Below are positions 53,664-62,812 of a DNA stretch of 64,000 nucleotides, in pieces. A model generated the notes under the pieces. The model had not been told where the DNA came from. It saw only the letters and a list, made by a program, of their open reading frames with translations, and searched no databases. The DNA is taken from contig CAWKNA010000003.1 of NCBI GenBank assembly GCA_963850875.1, positions 78,972 to 142,971 of the forward strand. The letters run 5' to 3'. A program made the translations under genes and the position numbers. The DNA comes from an uncultured Actinomycetota bacterium (GTDB lineage Bacteria > Actinomycetota > Actinomycetes > Streptosporangiales > Streptosporangiaceae). The number at the start of each line of letters is the position of its first letter. Position 1 is the stretch's first letter.

Positions 53664-54593
53664 CTAGCCCGCCGTAGCGCCGACCCCGACCGCCTTACCG
53701 ATGGCATACGTGATCCCGGCGGCGACGGCGGCGAGCAGTAGCTGGCGCAGCGCGCCACGCAGGAACCGCCGCTCGGTGATCCGCGCCACGAAGCCGCCGC
53801 CAACGAATGCGGCGACCGCAGCCACCACTACCACGGCCAGCAGCGATGTGAAGCCGAACAGCAGCGGCAGCAGCGGGATCAGCGCACCAGCCGCGAACGT
53901 GATAAGCGACGCGCCCGCGGCCACATAGGGCGATGGCAGCTCGTGGTGATCCACCCCGAGTTCCTCGCGGACGTGCAGCCGAAGCGCCTGCTCGGGACGG
54001 ACCGACACTTGCCGTGCTACCCGGTCAGCCAGGTCGGCGTCCACACCCTGGCCGCGGAAGACTGCCGCCAGCTCGCGGCGCTCGGCCTCGGGATTGTGTT
54101 CGAGCTCGTACTTCTCTTTCGAGACCTCGGCCCCGATCAGCTCATTCTGGGACGAGACCGAGACGAACTCGCCGGTAGCCATCGAGAACGCTCCGGCCGC
54201 CAGCCCGGCCAGGCCGGTCAGGATCAGCGTGTGCCGATTTGCCGCGCCGCCGCCCACGCCGCCGCCCACGCCGGCGATCAGCGAGACGTTCGTCACCAGT
54301 CCGTCCATCGCGCCGAAGACGGCCGGCCGAAGCCAGCCGCCGGCGACGTCCCGGTGCTGATGGCCGTGTGCCTCGCTCCTGCGTCCGGACCGGGCGGGTC
54401 TTGCTGCGTGGGCTTGCACCGGCCTGGGCGCTGCCGTGTCTTCCTTGCCAGGGGCAGCGCGGTCAGGAGCCCCGGCGGTGGGCTGGGCGGCGTCCGGTCC
54501 GGCGGTGGGCTCGGCGGCGGTCGGCTCGGCGGCGGCCGTTCCGGCCGGGTCGCCTGGCAGGTTCGCGCTCTGCCGGTCATCAGCGGACGTCAT
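53664..54593 (-). CDS. VIT1/CCC1 family iron/manganese transporter with a low-complexity N-terminus
   Basis: AVFGAMDGLVTNVSLIAGVGG. C-terminal TM bundle. Start at ATG 54591-54593. Confidence 0.85.
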   Translation of the reverse strand: MTSADDRQSANLPGDPAGTAAAEPTAAEPTAGPDAAQPTAGAPDRAAPGKEDTAAPRPVQAHAARPARSGRRSEAHGHQHRDVAGGWLRPAVFGAMDGLVTNVSLIAGVGGGVGGGAANRHTLILTGLAGLAAGAFSMATGEFVSVSSQNELIGAEVSKEKYELEHNPEAERRELAAVFRGQGVDADLADRVARQVSVRPEQALRLHVREELGVDHHELPSPYVAAGASLITFAAGALIPLLPLLFGFTSLLAVVVVAAVAAFVGGGFVARITERRFLRGALRQLLLAAVAAGITYAIGKAVGVGATAG

Positions 54594-54837
54594 CGTCACC
54601 TGCCTGCGATCAGCCGTCCACACGGGAAGGCAGGCGCCTGGCCGGTGAGCTGCACCTGGCACCGTCGGTACTGGGAAAACACCAGCCTATTCGACTCGCA
54701 GCAGCCTCAGCTGACGCTGGTCGCCCACGATCGGATGGCCGCTGGCCGGCGCTTGCCGATCCGACGAAGCTAGAACTGCCCGGGTGCCGGAGCGGCATCC
54801 CTCCGGCACCCGGGCAGCGCGGCGCTAGCTCCCCGGG

Positions 54838-56523
54838 TCAGGTCTTGCTCGCGTTGTTCAGGAAGATGTGGCCGATGGCGGTGGGGTAGACACCGGTCAC
54901 GTTCTTCGCCGAGGCGGTCAGGTAGTTGTAGAAGTAGGCGTAAATGATCGGGGTCTCGTTGAGCAGCAGGGTCTCGATCTGCCCGGCAGTGGTCCGCTGG
55001 CTGGACAGGTCGACCGCGGCGATGTAGTCGTTGGACAGCTTGTTGTAGGTCGCATTGTTGAAATGCGCGGCGTTCCACGGCCCGGTGCCCGTCTTGGCGC
55101 TGGTCGTCTGCAATGGAGCGGTCAGGAACACGTTCGGCACGCCGCGGTGGCCGTAGTCGACGAGGCTGATGGTGGCGTCGAGCCAGTCGGAAGTGCCGAA
55201 GAGGTAATTGCCGTAGTACGTCGGCTGCGCCTCGATATTCAGCTTCATGTCGATGTTGATGGCCTTGACCGACTGCTGCACGATCTGCGAGAACTGCGGG
55301 ATCTCCTGGATGTTCTCCGTGGTCAGCGTGGTGGAGAACCCGTGCGGATGGCCGGCGGCCGACAGCAGCGCCTTCGCCTTGGCGATGTCCTGGGCGCGCT
55401 GCGTGACACTCGTGTTGGTCGAGGGGAACACCGGGGCGAACGGGCTGTCGTTGCCGAGATCGGAGTAACCCTTGAACAGGGCCGTTGCGATCGCCGGCCG
55501 GTCCAGCGAGAGGGCGACCGCCTGGCGGACCCTGGGGTCGGTGAACGGCGCCTGGTCGCAGCGCATGGACAGCTCGCGGTGCGCACTGGACTTGAGCTTG
55601 ATGACGTTGTATCCGCCGGTCAGCAGCTGCTCGCCGCCGGTCACCGAGAACTGGCCGACCACGTCGATCGCACCGCTGGTCAGCGCCAGGATGGAGGGCG
55701 TCTGGGTGTCGTAGAAGGTGAACACGGTCTCCGCCGGGAGCGCCTTCTTGCCCCAGTACTGCTCGTTGCGGACGAACGAGGCGCCCACCTTCTTGGTGTA
55801 GGTCTTCATCACGAACGGCCCGGTGCCGATGAACGAGCTCTCCCAGCTGCCCGGGTCGTAGCCGTTCGGCAGGATGATCATGGTGTAGTTGTCGGACGAG
55901 GTGAGGTAAGGGAAGTTGCCGTTCGGCGCGATGAGGTGGAACGCGACCGTGAAATCGTCGACCTTCTGCACCCCGGACGGCACCAGCACGCCGCCGAAGG
56001 CCGACAGCGCGGAGGCCTTGCCGGTCGGATTGGTCTGCAGCTTGTAGGTGTAAACCACGTCGTCAGCGGTGAGCGGGTGGCCATCGTGGAACTTGACGCC
56101 CTGGCGGATCTTGAATGTCCATACATCTGCGATGGCGTTGGACGACCAGCTGGTCGCCAGCATCGGCTGCAGGGTCAGGGTCTGGTCGGACAGGCAGAGG
56201 TACTCACCGGTCTGGGCCAGCATGTCCAGGCCGCCCTGGTCGGACACGGTGATCGGGTCGATCGAACTGGCGGGTGTAACGATGCCGACTCTGATCGTCG
56301 CGCCGCTCTTGGCTGAGCCCGGCGGTGCCGAGGTGGACGGGCTGGACGAGCCGCAGGCGGCCAGGATCCCGCCGAGTGCGGACGCGGAGATCCCGGCTAG
56401 CGCGCCGCGCTGGAGGAAGCTCCTGCGGCTGAGCCGACCAGCGACGAACTCGTCGATAACGTGGTTCCCGATCTCTGTTTGCCCTGCTCGCAGCCGGTCA
56501 AGCCGGTCGCTTCTTGCGTTCAC
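54838..56523 (-). CDS. ABC transporter substrate-binding lipoprotein (family 5, peptide/nickel)
   Basis: Tat-like RRSFLQRGALAG followed by lipobox LAAC. SBP_bac_5-like body. Confidence 0.9.
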   Translation of the reverse strand: MNARSDRLDRLRAGQTEIGNHVIDEFVAGRLSRRSFLQRGALAGISASALGGILAACGSSSPSTSAPPGSAKSGATIRVGIVTPASSIDPITVSDQGGLDMLAQTGEYLCLSDQTLTLQPMLATSWSSNAIADVWTFKIRQGVKFHDGHPLTADDVVYTYKLQTNPTGKASALSAFGGVLVPSGVQKVDDFTVAFHLIAPNGNFPYLTSSDNYTMIILPNGYDPGSWESSFIGTGPFVMKTYTKKVGASFVRNEQYWGKKALPAETVFTFYDTQTPSILALTSGAIDVVGQFSVTGGEQLLTGGYNVIKLKSSAHRELSMRCDQAPFTDPRVRQAVALSLDRPAIATALFKGYSDLGNDSPFAPVFPSTNTSVTQRAQDIAKAKALLSAAGHPHGFSTTLTTENIQEIPQFSQIVQQSVKAINIDMKLNIEAQPTYYGNYLFGTSDWLDATISLVDYGHRGVPNVFLTAPLQTTSAKTGTGPWNAAHFNNATYNKLSNDYIAAVDLSSQRTTAGQIETLLLNETPIIYAYFYNYLTASAKNVTGVYPTAIGHIFLNNASKT

Positions 56524-56608
56524 GGGTCCTCCTCGGAACCTTTACCGGACCCGCTTGAGCGTGGTCCGACGCAGTGGACAGCCAAACTATGCGCGAAGCG
56601 GGCCATTG

Positions 56609-58669
56609 TCACGGCATCCGCTTGTTGCTTTGCAGGTTTGTTAGCTGATCGATAGGGATGTGACAGCTCATCAAATGGCCGGGTTCGACCTCAGCCAGCG
56701 GCGGCTCTGTCGATTCACAGATCCCGGACGCTAGCCGCCTCGGGCAGCGGGTGTGGAAGACGCAGCCGGTCGGCGGGCTGGCCGCTGAAGGGATCTCGCC
56801 GGTCAGCCGGATCCGGTCGGTCCGCAGGCCGTCCAGGCTCGGCACGGCCGACAGCAGCGCTTCGGTATACGGATGGTGCGGCCCGCTGAATACCCGTTCC
56901 GCCGGGCCAAGCTCCATCACCCGGCCGAGGTAGAGCACCGCAATCCGGTCCGCCAGGTACCGCACCAGCCCCAGGTCGTGCGAGATGAACAGGTAGGTCA
57001 CTTGCTCCTTGGCCTGCAAATCGGCAAGCAGGTTGAGAATCGCCGCCTGCACCGAGACGTCGAGCGCGGAGGTGGGCTCGTCGCAGACCACCAGGCGCGG
57101 CCCGCCGCCGAACGCGCGGGCAATGGCGACCCGCTGCTTAAGACCGCCGGACAGCTGTCGTGGCCGAAGCGGCAGATGCCTGGTCTCCATTCGAACTGAT
57201 CTGACTAGATCCGTCAGCCGTTCGGCCAGCGCGGACCCAGTCAGGCCGGCCAGCTTGGTCAGCGGCCTGCTGATCAGTCGGCGCACGGTGTGCCTGCGGT
57301 TCAGCGCCGAGTCCGGGTTCTGGAAGACAATCTGCAGCGCCTTCAGCTGCGAACGGCGGCGCTGCCTGAGGTCAGCCCCGAGCGGCTCGCCGTCCAGTTC
57401 GATGATCGAGGAGTCATCGGGCGGGATGAGCCCGAGCAGCGTCCGCGCCAGCGTGGTCTTCCCGCTGCCGGACTCGCCCACCAGGCCGAGTGTCTCGCCC
57501 CGCTCGATATCCAGGTCCACTCGGGCCAGGGCCTGCACGGCCTCGCCATGAGCGGTGAAGGTCTTCGACAGGTTCCGGATGCTCACGATCGGCCGCGCCG
57601 CCTCGGCAAGGGATGGCAGCTGCACGTCGACCGGCGTATTCCTGGGCAGATCTGCGGTCGCCTCGTGCAGGTAGCACCTGGAGCTGCGGCCAGGGCCGAC
57701 ATCGAACGCAGGCGGCGCCGCGTCCCGGCAGCGCTGCTCGGCGATCGGGCAGCGTGGAGCGAAGATGCACCCGGCCTGCGTCTGCCCTGGTGGCGGCAGG
57801 AAACCGGGAATCGCATCCAGCCGGCCATGGTCCTTGCGCTGGCCCTGCCGCGGTATGCAGCGCAGCAGGCCCATCGTGTACGGATGCCGGGGCTGGTCGA
57901 ATACCTGCCGGGCCGGGCCCTCCTCGATCAGCTCGCCCGCATACAGCACGCCGACCCGGTCGCACATCTTCGCGATCACTGCCAGGTTGTGGCTGATGAA
58001 CAGCAGCGAGGTGTCAAATTCGTCGCGCAGCCCGGCCACCAGGTCGAGCACCTCAGCCTCGACCGTCGCGTCCAGGGCCGTCGTCGGCTCGTCGAGGATC
58101 AGCAGCGACGGCTCGGCGGCCAGCGCCATCGCGATCACCGCTCGCTGCGCCATGCCACCGGACAACTGGTGCGGGTACCGCTTCATCACCTGGCCGGGAT
58201 CGGAGATCTGCACCTTGCTGAGCATGGCCGCGGACCGTTCCATCGCCTCGGCCCGACCCAGTCCGGCCAGTTCGTACACCTCGGCTACCTGGCGGCCAAC
58301 CCGGATTCCCGGGTTCAGTGCCTTCCCCGGCTCCTGGTAAACCATCGACACCGAGCGGGCTCGTAGCTGCCGCAGCTCCGCCGCGTCCATGGCGAGCGGA
58401 TCGCGCCCGGCGATCAGGATCGAGCCCGCACTGACCCGGCCGTTGCGTGGCAGGTACCTGGTCAGCGCTAGCGCTGCCGTCGACTTGCCCGAGCCGGACT
58501 CGCCAACCAGTCCGTAGGACTCGTTGCGCCCGATCGTGAACGAGACATCCCGCAGCGCCAGCCGGTCGTGCCCGCGGACCCGGTAGCTGACGTCGAGGTG
58601 CTCGACCTGCACGGCGGCCTGCGGCTCGGCCGCCGGGTCAGGTACCGCAGACGCTGCGGTTGCGCTCAT
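56609..58669 (-). CDS. ABC transporter ATP-binding protein, fused double ATPase (DppD-DppF type)
   Basis: Two Walker A motifs (GESGSGKST, GESGSGKTT) and two LSGG signatures. Confidence 0.9.
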   Translation of the reverse strand: MSATAASAVPDPAAEPQAAVQVEHLDVSYRVRGHDRLALRDVSFTIGRNESYGLVGESGSGKSTAALALTRYLPRNGRVSAGSILIAGRDPLAMDAAELRQLRARSVSMVYQEPGKALNPGIRVGRQVAEVYELAGLGRAEAMERSAAMLSKVQISDPGQVMKRYPHQLSGGMAQRAVIAMALAAEPSLLILDEPTTALDATVEAEVLDLVAGLRDEFDTSLLFISHNLAVIAKMCDRVGVLYAGELIEEGPARQVFDQPRHPYTMGLLRCIPRQGQRKDHGRLDAIPGFLPPPGQTQAGCIFAPRCPIAEQRCRDAAPPAFDVGPGRSSRCYLHEATADLPRNTPVDVQLPSLAEAARPIVSIRNLSKTFTAHGEAVQALARVDLDIERGETLGLVGESGSGKTTLARTLLGLIPPDDSSIIELDGEPLGADLRQRRRSQLKALQIVFQNPDSALNRRHTVRRLISRPLTKLAGLTGSALAERLTDLVRSVRMETRHLPLRPRQLSGGLKQRVAIARAFGGGPRLVVCDEPTSALDVSVQAAILNLLADLQAKEQVTYLFISHDLGLVRYLADRIAVLYLGRVMELGPAERVFSGPHHPYTEALLSAVPSLDGLRTDRIRLTGEIPSAASPPTGCVFHTRCPRRLASGICESTEPPLAEVEPGHLMSCHIPIDQLTNLQSNKRMP

Positions 58670-59544
58670 CCGGCGAGCACCTGCTCGGTCGAGTCAGCCA
58701 CCAGGTTGATCGCGATGATCAACGAGGCGATGGCCAGCGCAGGGAACAGCGTCTCCCACCAGTACCCGGCGCCAAGCAGCACGTAATTCGCGTTGATATC
58801 CGTGCCCCAGTTCGGCGTCGATAGCTGGACGCCGAACCCAAGGAAGGCCAGCGTCGCCACCGCGAAGATCGCATAGCCGAGCCGGACCGTGAACTCCACC
58901 AGGACCGTGGGGATGACGTTGGGCAGGATCTCGACGAACATCATCCGACCGGGCCGCTCGCCCAGCAGGCGCGCAGCCGGCACGTAGTCGAGCTGACCCT
59001 CCACCTGGACGGCGGACCTCACCGTCCTGGCGATCAGCGGCGTGAAGATGAAGCCGATCACCAGGATCTGCGTGATGGTCGAAACGCCGAGTGCCACCAC
59101 GAACAGGAAGATGACCACGATGGCCGGGAGTGCGAGCACCGCCTCGACCAGCCGGCTGGCCAGCAGGTCGACGATGCCGCCCAGGTAGCCAAGCGCGAGC
59201 CCGAGGGCTGTGCCGAGCACGGTGCCAAGCACGGTCGCCAGCGGCGCGATGATCAGGATGCTCCTGGCGCCCACGATCACTCTGGAGAACACGTCGCGGC
59301 CGAGCTGGTCGGTGCCGAACCAGTGCGCGGCCGACGGCGGATGGTTCGTGGCGAGCAGCTGCTGGGCCAGCGGATTGTGCGGGGCGATCGCCGTCCCGAA
59401 GATCGCGCAGGCAATCCAGAACAGCAGCATCACAGCGCCGGTCACGAAGGTAGGCCGGGCAAGCAGCATTCGCCAGACCGGCTGATCGCGCCGTTCAGCC
59501 TGGCTGGCGACGATGCCGGGCGGCATCGCGACGATCTCGGTCAC
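58666..59544 (-). CDS. ABC transporter permease (DppC/OppC-like)
   Basis: 6-TM BPD_transp_1 pattern. 4-nt overlaps with both neighbouring genes. Confidence 0.9.
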   Translation of the reverse strand: MTEIVAMPPGIVASQAERRDQPVWRMLLARPTFVTGAVMLLFWIACAIFGTAIAPHNPLAQQLLATNHPPSAAHWFGTDQLGRDVFSRVIVGARSILIIAPLATVLGTVLGTALGLALGYLGGIVDLLASRLVEAVLALPAIVVIFLFVVALGVSTITQILVIGFIFTPLIARTVRSAVQVEGQLDYVPAARLLGERPGRMMFVEILPNVIPTVLVEFTVRLGYAIFAVATLAFLGFGVQLSTPNWGTDINANYVLLGAGYWWETLFPALAIASLIIAINLVADSTEQVLAG

Positions 59545-60494
59545 CTGATCGCTCCCGAGCGCAGCCGCGGATTCAGCAGGGTCGTCGCCACATCGGCGGC
59601 CAGCGTCGCCACCATGTAGATCACGCCGACGGTCAGCACCCCGGCCTCCAGCATCGGGAAGTCCTTGGAGTTCGCCGCGTGGTAGATCAGGTTCCCGATG
59701 CCCTGGTAGTTGAATAGCGTTTCTACCACGACAAGGCCGCCGATCAGGTAGCCGGTCTGGGTGGCAATCACCGTGATGGTCGGCAGCATCGAGTTCCGAA
59801 GCACGTGCCGCCAGATCACCACGCGGCGCTTCAGGCCCTTGAGCGTCGCCGTCCGTACGTAGTCGGACTCCAGCGCCTCGATGGTGCCGGCCCGGGCCAT
59901 TCGGGCAATGTACCCGAACAAAACGAAGACCAGCGGGACTGCGGGCAGGATCAGATAGCGCAGCTGGGTGAGGAACGAGGACCCGGCGGGGGCCTCGGCG
60001 GAGGCCGGCAGGATCCTCAGCCCGACGCTGAAGATGACGATGACCACGATGCCGGACACGAATTCCGGAACGGTGGCGGCTGACAGTCCGGTCAGCGAGA
60101 TGATCCGGTCAAGGGGCCGCCCGGCATTCAGCGAAGCGACCACTCCGCCGAGGATGCCGAGCGGAATGATCACGACAAGCGCGAGCGCAGCCAGCTTGGC
60201 CGAGTTCGTCAGGGCCGCCCGCAGCAGCGGCCCGACCGGCGACTGGTACTGGAAGGACTCGCCCATGTTGCCATGCAGCATCCCGGTGATCCAAGTCCAG
60301 TACTGCGTGGCCAGCGGCCGGTCGACGCCGAGCTGGTGGTCAAGCGCGCGGACGGCGCTCTGCGCGGCTAGCGGGCCAAGGATGGACCTGGCCGGGTTTC
60401 CTGGCAGCACCTGGCCGGCGAAGAACACGATGATGCTGAGCAGCCACAAGGTGACGACCGCGAGTCCGAGGCGCCGCAGGAGGTAGTACGCCAT
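59541..60494 (-). CDS. ABC transporter permease (DppB/OppB-like)
   Basis: MAYYLLRRL..., EAA-like loop YVRTATLKGL. Confidence 0.9.
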   Translation of the reverse strand: MAYYLLRRLGLAVVTLWLLSIIVFFAGQVLPGNPARSILGPLAAQSAVRALDHQLGVDRPLATQYWTWITGMLHGNMGESFQYQSPVGPLLRAALTNSAKLAALALVVIIPLGILGGVVASLNAGRPLDRIISLTGLSAATVPEFVSGIVVIVIFSVGLRILPASAEAPAGSSFLTQLRYLILPAVPLVFVLFGYIARMARAGTIEALESDYVRTATLKGLKRRVVIWRHVLRNSMLPTITVIATQTGYLIGGLVVVETLFNYQGIGNLIYHAANSKDFPMLEAGVLTVGVIYMVATLAADVATTLLNPRLRSGAIR

Positions 60495-60769
60495 CCGGAC
60501 CCTCCAGGCAACAGCCGACTCAACCGGTCAGAACGAATCGGACACCGGGCAACCTATTAAACCCGAGCGGCGCGCCGCAGTGCCACTGATGGGGAGCCGC
60601 GCTGGCGGAGATCCGCGCCCGTGGGCGCGGTTGACCAGCCTAAGCCGGTACGGAATATTGTCGGCGTCATCACCGTCAATTTGGTCACCCTTGGCGGTCG
60701 TCAGGCCGCCCGGCCTCGGCCGCCAAGGCCAGCGCGGCGCGGCAGGGACGGGCTGGCGGAGATGGCGAG

Positions 60770-60862
60770 GTGGCAGCGGTGCTGATCGGCGAGTGTTTCA
60801 TCGGTGATGGTGCTGAGGCCGCCCATCTCAACACCGTCCTCGGCCCGCAGTCGGGCGACTGA
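60770..60862 (+). pseudogene. 30-codon remnant resembling the N-terminus of a formaldehyde-activating-enzyme (Fae)-like protein
   Basis: (M)AAVLIGECFIGDGAEAAHLNTVLGPQSGD* compared with the recalled Fae N-terminus [24 protein letters not shown]. The stop lies inside a 20-bp tandem repeat. Confidence 0.3.
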
Positions 60863-60888
60863 GCCCGCAGTCGGGCGACTGAGCCCGC
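60843..60888. repeat. 20-bp perfect tandem repeat x2 plus a 6-nt partial copy
   Basis: GCCCGCAGTCGGGCGACTGA at 60843-60862 and 60863-60882, then GCCCGC. Confidence 0.95.
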
Positions 60889-60904
60889 TGGCGGAACGGC
60901 GGCT

Positions 60905-61003
60905 GGGCAGGCCGAACGCAGGCTGATCGGGCAGACCGAACGGCAGGCTAAGCGGGCAGGCCGAGCGGCAGGCTAGGCGGGCAAGCCGAGCGGCAGCCGA
61001 ATG
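60905..61003. repeat. degenerate 24-25-bp tandem repeat x4
   Basis: GGGCAGGCCGAACGCAGGCTGATC / GGGCAGACCGAACGGCAGGCTAAGC / GGGCAGGCCGAGCGGCAGGCTAGGC / GGGCAAGCCGAGCGGCAGCCGAATG. Confidence 0.8.
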
Positions 61004-61126
61004 GAGGCCTGACGTGAAGCGGCCTGCCACCCGTCTGCGCGGTCGGCTGGCAGGACGGTAGATGATGGTCAGGTCCGGCAGCATCGGCCGCCGGGCCTGA
61101 CGAACTGACCCCGGCGAGGAACTGCG

Positions 61127-62812
61127 ATGACCGCTACATCAGGCCAACAGCCAGTCGGCCCGCGACCGGTGCGCGCGCCCCGCGGGACCGAACTGAGCTG
61201 CAAGGGCTGGCCGCAGGAGGCGGCCATGCGGATGCTGATGAACAACCTCGACCCGGAGGTGGCCGAGCATCCTGATCAGCTGATCGTCTACGGCGGATCG
61301 GGCCGGGCGGCCCGCAGCTGGGAGGCGTTCGACGGGATCGTCGCGTCGCTGCGCGACCTGGGCGGCGACGAGACCCTGCTGGTGCAGTCCGGCAAGCCGG
61401 TCGGCATCTTCCGCACGCACAGCTGGGCGCCGAGGGTGCTGATCGCCAATTCCAACCTGGTGCCGCAGTGGGCCACCTGGGAGGAATTCCGCAGGCTGGA
61501 GGCGCTCGGGCTGACCATGTACGGCCAGATGACGGCCGGCTCGTGGATCTACATCGGCACCCAGGGCATCTTGCAGGGGACCTACGAGACGTTCGCCGCC
61601 ATCGCCGCCAAACGGTTCGGCGGCACCCTGGCCGGCACGATCACGCTGACGGCCGGGCTCGGCGGGATGGGCGGCGCCCAGCCGCTTGCGGTCACCATGA
61701 ACGGCGGGGTGGTGATCTGCATCGACTGCGACCCGGCGAGTATCAGCCGCCGGATCGAGCACGGCTACCTGGACGTCGAGGCCGACGATCTAGACGATGC
61801 GATCCGCCGCGCTGAGGCGGCGGCACAGGCCGGCCAGCCGCTCTCGATCGGGCTGCTTGGCAACGCCGCTGACCTGGTCCCGCGGCTACTCCGGATGGGC
61901 GCACCGGTCGATGTGGTCACCGACCAGACCTCGGCCCACGATCCGCTGTCGTACCTTCCGCTCGGCGTGGCCTTCGAGGACATGGCCGCGCTGCGCGCCG
62001 AGGACCCGGCCGGCTTCACCCGCCGGGCTCGGGAGTCGATGGCGACTCACGTCGAGGCGATGGTCGGCTTCATGGACGCCGGAGCCGAGGTGTTCGACTA
62101 CGGCAACTCGATCCGCGGCGAGGCCGAATTGGCAGGCTACGACCGGGCGTTCGCCTTCCCCGGGTTCGTGCCCGCCTATATCCGCCCGCTGTTCTGCGAG
62201 GGCAAAGGCCCGTTCCGGTGGGCGGCACTGTCCGGTGACCCGGCCGACATCGCAGCGACCGACCGGGCCATCCTCGAGCTGTTCCCCGAGAACGAGGCGC
62301 TGGCCAGGTGGATCGAAATGGCCGAGCGCAAAGTGCACTTCCAGGGTCTGCCTGCCCGGATCTGCTGGCTCGGCTACGGCGAGCGGGACAAGGCCGGCCT
62401 GCGGTTCAACGACCTGGTGGCCAGCGGCGAGGTCAGCGCCCCGATCGTGCTCGGCCGGGACCATCTGGATTGCGGCTCGGTCGCCTCGCCGTACCGGGAG
62501 ACCGAGGGCATGGCCGACGGTTCGGATGCGATCGCCGACTGGCCGCTGCTGAACGCGATGCTCAACACCGCCTCCGGAGCTTCCTGGGTGTCCATCCACC
62601 ACGGCGGCGGGGTCGGCATCGGCCGCTCGATCCACGCCGGCCAGGTCTGCGTCGCCGACGGCACGGCGCTGGCCGGCCAGAAACTGGAGCGCGTCCTTAC
62701 CAACGACCCGGGCACGGGCGTGATCAGGCATGTCGACGCCGGCTACGACCGGGCTCGCGAGGTCGCCACCGAGCGCGGCGTCCGGGTGCCGATGCAGGAG
62801 GCTGCGGGGTGA
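61127..62812 (+). CDS. hutU: urocanate hydratase
   Basis: 561 aa. [40 protein letters not shown]. Confidence 0.95.
   Translation: MTATSGQQPVGPRPVRAPRGTELSCKGWPQEAAMRMLMNNLDPEVAEHPDQLIVYGGSGRAARSWEAFDGIVASLRDLGGDETLLVQSGKPVGIFRTHSWAPRVLIANSNLVPQWATWEEFRRLEALGLTMYGQMTAGSWIYIGTQGILQGTYETFAAIAAKRFGGTLAGTITLTAGLGGMGGAQPLAVTMNGGVVICIDCDPASISRRIEHGYLDVEADDLDDAIRRAEAAAQAGQPLSIGLLGNAADLVPRLLRMGAPVDVVTDQTSAHDPLSYLPLGVAFEDMAALRAEDPAGFTRRARESMATHVEAMVGFMDAGAEVFDYGNSIRGEAELAGYDRAFAFPGFVPAYIRPLFCEGKGPFRWAALSGDPADIAATDRAILELFPENEALARWIEMAERKVHFQGLPARICWLGYGERDKAGLRFNDLVASGEVSAPIVLGRDHLDCGSVASPYRETEGMADGSDAIADWPLLNAMLNTASGASWVSIHHGGGVGIGRSIHAGQVCVADGTALAGQKLERVLTNDPGTGVIRHVDAGYDRAREVATERGVRVPMQEAAG

Noticed and set aside
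60613-60630. GC-rich hairpin CCGCGCC-cgtg-GGCGCGG in the dppB upstream region, considered as a terminator or attenuator.
   Set aside because: It has no U-tract, and such short GC hairpins are frequent by chance in this composition.
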